A stretch of 61,907 bases of DNA, filler included, from Trichosphaerium sp. ATCC 40318 (Eukaryota > Protista > Tubulinea), in NCBI GenBank assembly GCA_038496445.1. It is 4 parts of 4 records of this genome, joined end to end, with 100 filler letters (N's around TTAATTAATTAA, not from the genome) between each part and the next. Parts side by side here need not be neighbours in the genome. Positions count along the whole stretch, not along the records: positions 19,451 to 31,371 come from JALMLS010000456.1; positions 31,472 to 53,576 come from JALMLS010000563.1; 2 more parts are not named here. One strand, given 5' to 3'. A model generated the notes under the pieces. That model did no database searches, was not told the DNA's origin, and saw only the letters and a list, made by a program, of their open reading frames with translations. Shown here one piece after another: positions 24,477 through 37,800 of the stretch (its first letter is position 1; each line of letters starts with the position of its first letter). The position numbers and the translations under genes were made by a program.

Positions 24477-26407
24477 ATGCTTTCACATACGCATTTCTGC
24501 CTTGTGTTATTGGCAGCGTTAAGCTGGTACAGATTGTTCTTTAAACTTTTTTTTTCTTCTTTTTCTGGCAAAGAAAACTCAACCTAAACCTCCAATTTAC
24601 TGCTTATGTACTAACTGATACGTAGTGCTTTGGCCTCAAGCGATAAATTCGGTCAAAATCCACAACACGAGTTTGGAGCCTTATATTCAAATGCTAAACC
24701 AATCATACCTTTCTGGAAACTAAGTAAGTACCCATAAAAAACGACCCAAGAGAGCTTTTCTCAATTCAGTGTCAAAAAACAGTTTATGAAAATAATAAAA
24801 AAAGTTTTAACCGTTTGAACGACAGGCGGCAATGCCGTTGCCACCGACGACTTTGTTCGTATCACCTCAGACCGTCAAAGTCAGATGGGCGCTCTTTGGA
24901 ACTCAGTTGTACGTACTATTTCAACTAAGGGTGTTTTTTGTAATTGTTTCTCATCACTACGTTAGCCAAACCGATTTAATTCTTGGGAAGTTATCATGAG
25001 TGTTCGCATCCATGGCGTAGGCCACCTTGGAGCTGACGGTATGGGCTTTTGGTACACCCAAAAGCCAGCCATGCCAGAAGGTGACTTCTTTGGTTTTCGC
25101 GAAAGTTTCAGAGGTTTGGGTGTTGTTGTCGATACTTACGATAACGACGGTACTGGAAACCATCCTCAACTTATTTTGATGTACAATGACGGCACCAAAT
25201 CCAAGAATGTTGCCTCCGCTGCAGCCCACGATCCAACTCACTTGCGTCAAGTAGAACGTAAGTAGTTTACTCTTTTGCTGTCGCCTGTTCAAATCAATGC
25301 GTACTTACTGAGCTTATAGAATCTATGCAGTTGGGTTCGTGTCAAATTAAGATGAGAAATGTAGAAAAACAGACATACATCAAAGTCACCTACTGGCAGA
25401 ACAGCGTCACCGTACGTTATCATAATAATATTAGCTTGTAGAAGTTTGGTTGTTTAGCTTTTTTTTCTTCAATCTTTGTTGACAATAGCTGAACTTGTTT
25501 CTGATGACTATTTAGGTGAGTTATGATCTCGGCAGGTGAGCCACGTGGACAATTAAAGTTCCTCCAGAATATGTTTTTATTTTTGCTCGTTCTTCTCTTA
25601 TGTCTCATTAGCACTGGTACATGGACTGATTGCGTATCGGCCACATCTCAGATAGTTCCAACTGGATATTATTTCGGTTTCACAGCTGAAACTGGTCAAC
25701 TTGCTGGTATATATTTACAACCGAAAACATTTCGAACGTGTTACCATAATTAACATATTAATAGATAACCATGACTTGCACGGTATTGCAATCCGCAATT
25801 TGGATAGCAATGCAATGAGCATCGATAGCATGACTCAATACTCAGGCCAGGCCAGACAAGAGAGTATGCAAGAGACATTGAGCAAATTGAACTTGGCCAT
25901 GAAAACGTTACCAACTGGTGGTAGTTCTAGCAGCGGTGGGCTTTCGTATGTCCTGCTCTTCCTGTTTTTTTCTATTAAGCCCATCCTTACATGTATTTGT
26001 AGTGCTAAGGACCTTGCAAATATTCAAGGAACGCTTGCACGCGTTGAACAAAGACTTGGTACACTAGAATCACGCTTGAGCGGTAGCCAACAAACAACCC
26101 AAAAACTTGATCAAATTTTGAATCAAATTCGCCATGTCGAAGTACGTCATGCCAATAGTTCTATTTCTAGTATCTAACGTTGCACTGCAGAGTATTCCAG
26201 ATGGTCTAGGAGGTATTTTCTCGTCACTCCAAGGATTATTCAGAGCATTGTGGTACGTATTTTGTGACATTTGGCATTAATCTTGTTTACCCCACTATTA
26301 GGTATGCTCTTGGTTTTGTAGTATTTGTCGTAGTTGTCTACTGTGGATACTTACTTTACCGTGTTTTGGCCTCAAAGAAAACAAGGTCTAACAAGCAATT
26401 GTACTAA
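24477..26407 (+). CDS. L-type lectin cargo receptor (ERGIC-53/LMAN1-VIP36 family), type I membrane protein
   Basis: Signal peptide; GADGMGFWY, GLGVVVDTYDND, GYYFGFTAETG..D.HD motifs; coiled-coil stalk; TM and a short basic tail ending KQLY. Confidence 0.93.
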
Positions 26408-26977
26408 AAGAGCGTTATTTGTTGTCTCACGCGTTCTCCTGTACAAATAAATAAATAAAAAAAATTTGGTGAAAGAAGATTCATTGTGTACTCAGTTTAC
26501 ATTAACAGCAGTGCGTTGAGGTTGACTCTCCAGAAAACAAATAGTGTTACGTCGTTGTGGCCACAAAACTAATAATTAACACATAAACATTGGCTTTGTA
26601 GTTTTTTGGTGGTACTGTCGTTAGGTGACGAGATACGCTTAAATGTAGCCTATCAAGTACTTTTCAATTGAAAGCGTAAATTGAAAAAACTTAACGCCAG
26701 AAAAAATCAGCTATTTTCAAACCAGAAATAGTAACCACGGATTACCACCTGTAAGAAGTATTCATACAAACGTACCAAACGGTAAGTTTTACCCCTCCAC
26801 CGCTTTTTCTTTCTGTTCTGTGAGAAAAATAATTATAAAAACCAACAGTGTTTTAAACAAACGACCTTTCAGTCAATTTGTCCATATCTTTGTAGATGAA
26901 TAATTAAACAATCCGCTTTGTTTGGTTTTTTTAGTTTCGTTTATAATTCACCTGGTTGACCCCATAAGGTGCAATAG

Positions 26978-29900
26978 ATGACCAGCACGCGTACTGGTCC
27001 TCGAAACGGCCATAAAAAAGTTAAATCTGCTCACTCGGATGGTTTTGCAATTGGCCCACTAGGTAATTAAACAACTGCAATACTGAATACTTACAGCAGA
27101 AAAAGAAATGGAAAAAGAACCTTTATATTCAAACGGAAAAACAACGTCTCGATCGTCCCCAAAATCAAGGTCAAAGTCTCGCGGACGAACGAGGAGACAA
27201 CGGGCTGGAAGCGCTGGCATTAAAAGAGACAGAATTGCTTCTCCCCCAAAACGGTATGAGCGTCACTAATTAAACGCTGTTCTCCAGTATAACGCCGCAA
27301 TTATATAGAAGACGAACGCAAAGACGAAGACCAGGCGTCTCAAGTGGCAGGTATACATTTATTCCCCGCAGTGCAACAAAATGGCCCCTACATCCCTTTT
27401 TTACGCTAAATATTTGCGTCAAGCACTTGTTTTTTACAAAAAAAGACTTGCAACGCGCCCTTTTTTAAAACTTTAACCTAGCGGCGCTACAAATGCAACG
27501 ATAAACGGTAGAACAAATGGGCATAATAAAACAGGCTCTCCTAAAAAAGTTCGACGTAATCACACTGCCAAATTTCGCCATCACAGTACATCAAATGGTC
27601 CACGTCCAATGAAGAAGGCGCACACGGAAAGGTATTTAAATCTTCCATTTCTATAAGTATAGTTATTCATCTCGTCTCTTTTAGAGCCCACACACGCTCT
27701 CATGGCAGGAAGGGTATACCTAAAAACATGATTTCACCTTTATCGCCAAAAGGTACTCAAAAAAAGATTTGAAATGCTTGCTGTGATGCACTTTGTGCAA
27801 ATACCTAATTTTTTCATTTCTCTTTGTTATAATTTATTAATGCTGGTGCTATTAGGGCAACGACATAAATCTAAATTGCCTACGGATGATGCACTTCCCT
27901 TATTACATATGGCTGCAAAAAAAGGAGATGAACAAGCAGTGTTGTCTTTGCTGGCCAAGGTATGTTTTGCGTACTAGTTGTATTTTTTGGTTTGTTTGAC
28001 ATTTTCCTCTGTTGCAGAAAGTAAATATTAATAAACGAGAAAGAATGTACGGTACAACTGCTCTACATCAAGCTGTAAAACGCGGAAAAATTGGAGGTAA
28101 GAAAGGAATTATTTTCAAATCTAACAGTGTGCAGTTGTCAAGATTCTGTTGGAAAATAATGCCAATCCAAATATTAAAGACAAAAAGCAAAAAACAGCAT
28201 TGCACTGGGCTACATCAAAACAGGTTGGTGACTTCATGAGAAGCAATCGTTCGCATATGTACTAAACTCGTTCAGGAACCTGCAGGATTAGTTAATGTGC
28301 TGCTTGACTACGGCAATGATATAGAGCCAGGTGCTAAGGATCATAAGAATAGAACGCCACTGCATGTTGCTGTAATGTACGGTACCCCGCAAGGTGTAAA
28401 GGCTCTGACAGAGGTGATTGGGAAGCAAGTGCGTACCATAAAACACGTGCTAAGCGTCAAGTTTTTCTCATGTGTTTTCGGTAGATAAATGCGAAAAATA
28501 GAGAATGGAAAAGACCACTTCATTTAGCTGTGCGCTACAGTGAAGAATCTGAAAAGATATTATTGGGCTCACCTGATATAAAAATTGATGCTGTTGATTT
28601 ACAAGGCCGCACTCCTTTGCACATTGCATCAAGAGAAGGCAAACTAGAGAGTGGTAGGGTTAACCAAAATGGTTTTTTTATCTACGTTAAAATATCTGAC
28701 TTGTGCACCCATAGTGAAACGTTTGTTATCTGCTGGTGCTAGCGTAAATGCCAAAGATGATTCAAAACTGACAGCACTTCATTATGTACGTTGGTCTATT
28801 TTGTGCATTAAAAGCTAATTTATTTGTTAAAGGCTGCTGGGTTTGGCAACCTTAGTGTCACCAAGTTATTAATAGAAAAAGGTGCCCATGTTAATATGAG
28901 AGATGTTGAAGAGAGGTAACAATTGACCGAATTTTCTTGCGAAAACTTAACGCATTGATAGGACACCACTTCATCTTGCAGGCGAAGGAGAATACCATTC
29001 AGTTTGTCATGCGTTGACAAGCGCTGGAGCTGATGTTAGTGCGTTATACGACTTAAAGTACGCTAGAACAGAGCACTCTGTTCATTTTTTATCGACTCGC
29101 CGTTAACTAACTATTATTTCTTTTCAGGACTTATAGGGTGCGACAACATCGTATGCTTGTAGCCAGGCGATCCACTGTAGATATGGGAAGTATTCCTGAC
29201 CGCCAAGTCGGTTATCTGGTACGCAAGATTTTCATTGTTTCTTTTTCCTCATGAGTGACTGCCGTTGCTGTTCTTATTGTTTATGTGTTATTAGCGCCGC
29301 AATTCAATGATCCCATTAACGCCGAGAACAATACGGCAAACGAATCGTGCACAGTGGTTTGTAAGACCCATGCAATCTACTGATAAGTACGGTTTCATAA
29401 AGAAGAAACACTCAATGGTAAACGCAACTGATGCCGACGATGCATCCAGCTCGTACGTAGCAATAAAAGTTATATGAGTGATTTAGGCGGATATTTACAC
29501 CTATTAGGAGTTCAGATGTAACTGATGCGCCTAAAATGCGTAACACGGATAGGAGAGAAAGGAAGGAATTGGAACGCGCTGATAAGGTTCGCACTTAGTA
29601 ACCACGCAAGCTAATTAACACGTCACAGTGGGCAAAAATGCTTAAAAATTGGGGAGAGTATTCAGAAGCCAAAATTCGGCGGCGAACTTATAAGGGAATA
29701 CCAGATAAGGTTAGAGGGGAATCATGGAAACGAATTGCGAATATCAAAGCCATGCGTGAAGCGAATCCTGGTATTTATAAGGTGCGAAGAGATTGCGCAT
29801 ACTATGTTATTTTTTGAAGACTTATTTCTCAATAGTCGAATCTGGACAAAAGGTTCAGCGGTAAAAATGTGTCTATTAACAGACAGATTGATCTTGATGT

Positions 29901-30975
29901 TGAACGTACTTGGAGAAACCATCTTATGTTTAAAGAACGCTATGGTCCAGGGTACAATTTTTACAATAATCGTAAGATGTTGTTGGTTAAATACTAATGA
30001 AACTAAAAGGCAAATTGCTTTATTTAATATACTAAAAGCATATTCGCACTATGACCCAGACGTTGGATATTGTCAAAGCATGTCAGACATTACAGGTTCG
30101 TTTGTTTGTTAAGATTTGATTGTGTCTATGTTGACAATTACTCATTGTTTTAATTAGCGTTCCTGTTGTTCTACATGGAAGAAGAGGATGCCTTTTGGAT
30201 GCTCGTTCATTTTTGCCATTCCCAAAAGTTTCACATGCAGGAACTGTTCACAATAGGTACTGTTTTGCGTCAATAAAGGTTTCTTAGAAATTCTAAAATG
30301 TTGTTAGATATGACAGAGCTAAAGATGAACTTTTACGTACACAACCGTATGTTCGAGGACAAGCTACCCAAGCTCTATCAACATTTTGTACGCACTTTTT
30401 TATGGTTAGGTCAGCTACGCTTGTAGTCAATTACATGCTTTGGTGGAATTTTAATAAATATTTTTAATGGTTTGTTGCTGACACTGTTTTGTAGCAAAAA
30501 GAAGATATTCATCCGTCTGGCTATGCATCGGAATGGTATATGAGATTGTTCATGACTGTATTGGACCTTGAAGTTGTTCTACGTGTATGGGATTTATTTA
30601 TTCTGGAAGGCTACGATATATTCTTTACTGTAGCATTCTGTATCTTAAAAGAGCTTGAAGGTACACTAAAACAACTAGTTCTGTTATTGTTTAATTGACA
30701 ATTTTTTGAAAGATCGGTTGATAAAAGCAGACATGGTGACAATCATGACAGTCATCAATAAAGATATTAAGACACAAGGTGAGAGTAAAGATATCATTGA
30801 ACATTTTGGTTGTTAACTTATGTGCTTAGGGGTTCTCGATGCTCAAGAATTAATGAAAAATGTCAAGACCCACAAACTGAAGCAGAGTTACCTCAATAAG
30901 CTAAAAAGAGAATACCGCAATCAAAACCCACCAGATCTAGAAGAGCGTATGAAAGCAAACACAGCGCCACATTGA
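26978..30975 (+). CDS. Ankyrin-repeat + TBC (Rab-GAP) protein, multi-exon; start uncertain
   Basis: Ankyrin motifs (GTTALHQA, RTPLHVA, GRTPLHIA); TBC motifs DKYGF, KGIPDKVRG, IDLDVERT, GYCQSM, EEEDAFW. Confidence 0.9.
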
Positions 30976-31371
30976 GAAAGTCATCCTAATAAGCACTTGT
31001 GATTTCGCTAAGCATCAAATTTTTCTTTTGAGCGAAAAGCGTTCTTGTATTTTATTTTTATTACACGTTGTACTTTGCAGCACCAAAATCTAATAAAGTG
31101 TACCATAGAATCAACTTCGTTATTCGTCAAATTCTCACAAGGTCTCAATAACAGATCAGGTAAATGCGCTTGGAGTCCTATTTGTTTTGCCGCGCATTTT
31201 AAACGGCAATTTGTACTAGCGAATCGCTGGTCTAGTTCCTTTTTTTTTTGCGAAATTTAGCGTATTCATCTAATTTCGCCTAACAAGACGTTGCTCAAGG
31301 CAAAGCCGTGAGGTCGAATCACATTTTTACTTGCGCTGTTAAAAGAAATTCGTTTAATTAATGGCGTCTAA

Positions 31372-31471
31372 NNNNNNNNNNNNNNNNNNNNNNNNNNNNN
31401 NNNNNNNNNNNNNNNTTAATTAATTAANNNNNNNNNNNNNNNNNNNNNNNNNNNNNNNNNNNNNNNNNNNN
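31372..31471. other. Scaffold gap with artificial linker
   Basis: 100-nt N block with TTAATTAATTAA. Confidence 0.99.
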
Positions 31472-31828
31472 AAATAAATAGGAATGCCATTGTAAGTTGA
31501 CAATAAATTTGGTTATAGCTCAAATAGGCGTTGGTCTCTTTTGTATGTACAAATTACTACATACTCCACGTGCTACAAAAAGACAACAACGTTTATTTTT
31601 TTTGCAGATATTGTTACATTCCTTACTATTTCAACAGGCAATCTTTGCCTTAGGGTTTGTAACTTACCTACTCGTTGACGGCAAGGATAATTATAATAGT
31701 GAAACATCGTGTCGTGTAGGGTCGTGTAGTTTTACGTGTTTTGTGGTTATGTGAAATCGGGATTACATCGGACAAACTCTTGAAAACTCGTTAAACATTT
31801 TCACTCAAAAAATTATTGTCACCTTACA

Positions 31829-34800
31829 ATGAGCAACTTTTCTTTAATACCTACGCTATCCTTGGCTATTGTTTTTGTAGTATTTATGTTCGCATGTCCA
31901 GTATCAGGAAACGATGAAGATGTAGAAGGAGGGTGCTGGGCCAAATGGTGCTCAAGGCTGTATGAAAACACTGACGGAGAGTCTGGAACTTTTTGCGCCG
32001 ACCGTTGGGGATCTTGCCCTAAAGACAGTTACGATGATGTATGTTACGAGAAAAGGTGCGAGGTACGAGTTGTAGTTAAGTGTGTTTTATTCTATCTAAG
32101 TACATTACAATATCGTGACATACCCCGGTAAGTGAGTTTACATACCACACGAATGTTATACGATATGTACATGAGTTTTAATTTATCACACTGTACCAAA
32201 CATCATAAAATACTAATGCATACCCCTCCAAACTGAACCCATACGTTTTATAGTTCAGGCTTAAAGATAGTCTCGAAATTGGAAATGAGTGAATCCATAT
32301 AATCCAGAAATTTTTTCACTGTGGTAACATTCTTTAATTGTCCTTTGAAATAATTTCTTCTGGAATTTCTCGTAACGAACATGGAAAGATCGCCAGCGAT
32401 AAGATCATGTAATGTATTTTTATAAACCTGTAAGACCTTTTTCGTAATAGAACCCGCTTCAGAGCGTTGTGAAACAGCATTGTATACTTCCAATAAAGCA
32501 TCTTTAAAAGGGCTTACTTTCTTAGTGATAGTAGGATTACTATCTTTTGTCGCATTTTTTTCTTCCTGTTCTTTTGCATATGCTTTCTCTGCAGGGGAAA
32601 GAACAGGTATAGCTTCCACTATTTGAACTAATTTATCTGTATCGCCGGAAATTTGTTCATTGTGCTCCTTGAGTCGATCAACGTTATAGACATCAGGGAT
32701 GATAGGTCCTTTAGTACCATCTTTATTCATGACTCCAATACGATAATTATGATGTCCTTTAACTTCAGCAATATAGTATACTCCAGTATAGTTCTTAAAA
32801 AGCTTTTGTGATTTACCCCATGGTACATCACGTTTCTTGTTAACACGTAAATAAACTTTTTGTCCAACAGAGAATGTCTTGGTACGATGCTTCTCATCAT
32901 ACCGTTTCTTCTGTCTTTGATATGCTTTCTGTCTAAGCATAGCTGACGTTTCATGTGTTTTCTTTATCACTTTCGCAATGTTTTTTATGTATTTGTCCTT
33001 TGATCTGGTAGATACTCGTCCTAAAGCCTGATCCCAAGACGAAACTGCTCTTCTACCATGCATAAGGAAATAAGGTGTTTCTTTTAATTCTTCATGAACT
33101 GACGTATTATACGCGAATGTGCAAGGTCGTACATATTCATTCCAATCTGTTTGATTGTCATTACAATACATCTTTATCATATTGACTAAGGTAGCATTAA
33201 ATCTTTCAACTAGACCATCCGTTTGAGGTCTATATGCTGTAGTTTGGCGTTGGTCGACATTCAATAACTTCATAAGTTCCTTCAGTACGTTTTTAAATTC
33301 ACCACCTTGATCGGAGAGAAATACGTTAGGTGTTCCATGTTCCAATATAAATTCGTCATAAATTGCACGTGCAATTGTTGATGCCTTTTTGTTTGGAAGT
33401 GGAATGGACTTAGCATATCTGGTGAAGTAATCCATAACCACCAGAATGCAAACATTATCATTTCTGGTACGCGGTAACTTTGTAATTAAATCAGTGGCAA
33501 TAACATCTATCGGGCATCTTGAAGTTACCGTTCCCATCGGTCCACCTAGCTTCTTTCGACGATCGATTTTCTTAGTCTGGCATTGTATACATCCTTTAAC
33601 ATATTGGTTAACGTCCAACCACATGTTAGGCCACCAGTACTTATCCATGAGTTTAAGATAAGTACGTTTAACTGCTAGATGTCCTGATGTAGGAATATCA
33701 TGGTTTAATCTAAGAAGTTCCAATCTCATCTGCGTAGGAACAACTGTTTGAATCCTTTCGGTTTTATCGGATCGTTGGGATTTTGGAGGTATCCAACTCC
33801 GACAGAGTATACCATAATCGTCTAGACAGAGATCTTTTGTACTTTTAGTTAAACGTTCCACATCTTTGTAATATTTGAATACATCAGGAGATTGTAGATA
33901 CATAATCTGTTTGTTCATAAAAGCGTCTTGTCTTTGTAAGTAATATAATCGAAGTAACGGCTCTGGAACTGGTTTCTTGTGGACCACATGTCCAGGAAAG
34001 ATTGAAACTCCTCTAGCTTGAATAACAGGAGTATAAATTTCGTTGACTTCGAATTCTTTCTTTGGAGCGTCTTCAATAGAAATAACAGGAGACCGAGACC
34101 CAGTATCTGCATTAGCGTTTCTTACACCAGGTCTATGTTTGATAGTATAATCATACGCTGAGAGAAATATAGACCATCTAATCATTTTTCCATCAGGGTT
34201 CTGGTGTCGGTAGAACCAAACCAGAGCTTGATGATCTGTCCAAATTGTAAAATGTTTAGATAACAGGTACGGTCTAAACTTTCTAACACCAGCCACCACC
34301 GCTAGCGCTTCCTTCACGGAAGCTGAATAGTTTCGTTCAGCCTTGTTGAGTGATCGTGAATAGTACGACACAACTCTTTTTTTACCATCATCTTCTCTTT
34401 GAGTTAAGATTGCACATAGTCCCTCATCTGAAGCGTCAGTGTGAAGTTCGAATTCTTTGTCGAAATCTGGATAAGCCAATACGATAGGTTCCGTTACTAA
34501 ACACTTTCTGAGGTCTTCAAAGGCATCTTGTTGCTCTTTTCCCCATACCCATTCAGCATTCTTATGAGTTAGAATGCGTAAATGATATGATCTTTTAGCT
34601 AAGTTATTGACATAGCATCCATAATACTTGATCATCGCCAAGAATCGTTGGAGTTGCTTTAGTCGGTTTTTTCCATTCGGAGGAGGCATTCTAGCTATAG
34701 CCTCTATCTTTGCAGGATCAGGTTTTCTTCCGTTGTTGGTAACTACATGCCCTAAGTAATTAAGTTCCTTCATAAAGAACTTGCATTTCTTTGGTTTAAG

Positions 34801-37800
34801 TTTAACGTTGAATTTCTCCAGTTGTGTTAAAACGGTATCCAATCTCTGAATGTGTGTCTTAAAGTCTTTAGAGTATACAATGATATCATCAATGTATACT
34901 AAACAGATCTGCCAGGTGAGACCCGCTAAGACTAAGTTCATATAGCGTTGCCAAGTAGCAGGTGCATTCGTTAACCCAAATAAGTGTGGGTGTGTATGTG
35001 GATGCGGATGGCAATGTTGGAGCATAGGGGCAAAGAACCACTGTAACTCATTATCAATAATTTTTTGACTTTGTTTTTTTTTGTTATTTTTTATTTGTTA
35101 CTTTTGTTTTGTTGTACCTAGCCTAGGTCAACCTTGATCTGGTATCAAGGTTGTCCGTCTGTGATGATACACTGTGTTGTGTTTATGTGTGATGGCTCAT
35201 TGCTGGGTTAATTCTGACGGTTGGTGTGTCTACAGTGTTCATGTAATAGGGTTGACTATCCAATATTCTATATAGGGTTGACTGTCCATTATTTTATATA
35301 GGGTTGAACAACCATTATCAGGTCTAAAAATTAAAGTGGTATATACCAGTTTTTTTATGGTATATACCACTTTTTTCAACAAAATGGTATATGATATATA
35401 CCATTTTGAAATACCACTTTTTTTAAAAATTAAGTGAATAAAAAAGTGGTATATAGAAGTGGTATATACCACTTTTCATTCACATAATAAGACCTTCTAA
35501 AAATGGTATATAAAGTGGTATATACCACTTTTTTATGGTATGTGGTATATACCACCTTTTTATTGGTATATACCACTTTTATGGTATGCTTCAAGAAGGT
35601 CATTAAGGAGCTTTTTGGTAATGGGTTTTCTTGTTGAACGATCATGGACGTCATACATTGAACGGTGCGTAGGGACCTTAGTATATCATAGAATCTAACC
35701 AAACCAAGCTCATTCGAACCGCAGGACCTGATTCCAGTACCAACATTGAGGAAACTATATTGCAGGTATTATACAGACGTTCGTGGGTACCAGACAAAGT
35801 TTTATTTTATTTTCGTTTGATATACATTAACCGACCTCCGTAGGCCTTAGTAATTGATAGATTCAGGTGGGACCACTTTCATTAGGTGCGCAGCATGTTT
35901 TTACAGTAGGTACAGCAAGCTCATGGAGATGGACGAATTTTCCAGACGCCCATAGTAATGTAACTGTAGTGGACATTGTCCAAAACTTGTAACTCACAAA
36001 CTGTGTATTAAATAAAGTGTATTTTCTGGAATTGCAGGTGTACTATAAGTAAGCATAAAGTGGTATATAAGAGTGGTATATACCATGAAAAACTGGTATA
36101 TAAAAGTGGTATATAACTGGTATATACCTAAAAAAAGTGGTATAAAAAAGTGGTATATTTTTTTTTTTCTGGTGAAAAAAAGTGGTATATTTTCTGTTTT
36201 TATACCTGTTTTTTTTGGTATATTGTTGGTATATTTGGTCAATATACCACTTTTTTTGGTATATTTCGGTCAAAATATACCACTTTTTTTGGTATATACC
36301 ATAAAAAAACTGGTATAAAAAAGTGGTATAAAAGTGGTATATACCAAAAAAACTGGTATATTTTTTTAGACCTGATTTTACATTGTAAGGCATGAACATC
36401 CATGATTTTATATTGTAAGGCATGAACAACCATCTTTATTAAAACTACACAATATTAGTTAATACTACATAAAACCTAGCCTAGACAACCTTGATCTGGT
36501 ATCAAGGTTGTCGTCTGTGATGATACACTGTGCTACATTCACCTTGTGATCACACAAAGCTGGTTTTTACCTATTTTTTGGTTGTTTGGCTTTTGATTTT
36601 ATATAATAGGTACAAAGAGCCATCTTTTACCTAAATTAATTTAAGGGCATTGCAGTCCACTCGTATAGACCTGATTGATCTACAAACGCTGTCTTTTCAA
36701 TTGAAGCTTCGTCCATTTGCAATTGGTGAAACCCAGACAAAGCATCCATTACCGAAAAGTAATGACTTCCCACCAATGCATCAAAAGCATCATCAATGTT
36801 GGGAATAGGATAGACATCTCTCTTAGTAATTGCATTCAATCCACGATAATCGATACAGAATCGCAATGTACCATCTTTCTTCGGAGCGATGACTATGGGT
36901 GAAGCCCAAGGGCTTGTTGAAGGCCTGATCAGTCCAGTCTTCAAATAATCTTTAATAAATTTCCTGATAAACTCAACATAACGCTTCGGAAAACGTCGTG
37001 GAGTCGTAGCAACTGGTTGTGAATCTCCAGTATTAATATGCATGCGTACGGCCGTCTTGGGAGGTTTGTTTAAAGCTATGTCGAATGACTTCAAGTGAGT
37101 AGCCAATAGGTTGCGAATAGTATGAAGTTCTTCTTCGTCTTTGATAGCACATTCCTTGAGTTGCTCACCAAAGTATTCTTCCACCAAATCTAGCTCCGCT
37201 TGAGTTGCTTTGTATTCATTAATCTGTTCGATTGTTCTTAATCCTCTAACCAGCATTTTAGACTTCTGAGTTTGAAATTTACCAAGTCGTTGACCTGGTT
37301 GAATATTTATCGTCTTTTCAGACAAGTTTGTCATTTGCATAACACAATGACCATTATTAATCACTGATATAATAGGTCCAGTAACTAATCTAGTTCTTTT
37401 CCATATAGGGCCAACCGGTGTAATGATTCCAACAGTTCCATCTGGTAATTGACTACGGAACTTCATAGTCAGGATCACTGTCTCTTTAGGATATATTTGT
37501 ATCTGATCTCTTGAATATAGGAGACGAACTTCGCCTTCTTTATTCGATTGATTAATAATCGGAATAGTTGAATCATCTGCGAAAGTAACGGTTCTCTTTG
37601 CATAGTTGACGCTCATGTTAAATTTTTCTTGAAGATCTCGTCCAATAACCAAGACTTCTTCCATATCTGATGTCACGTATAGCTCTACTAATCTTTGTTC
37701 TTGATTTCCAAAGGAAAGTGAGACGGAAACAATACCATCCAACTTGAATTTGTTAGAATTCAATGTACTCGCTTGCGCAGTTGTTGATAGTACTTCTACT

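Noticed and set aside
35156-35220. Box C/D snoRNA-like GTGATGA...CTGA with a short terminal stem
   Set aside because: The second repeat copy lacks box D, I cannot identify an rRNA target, and it lies in a mobile insertion; an Infernal/snoscan run would settle it
35239-36433. Overlapping Y/I/K-rich ORFs
   Set aside because: By-products of the GGTATATACC repeat arrays
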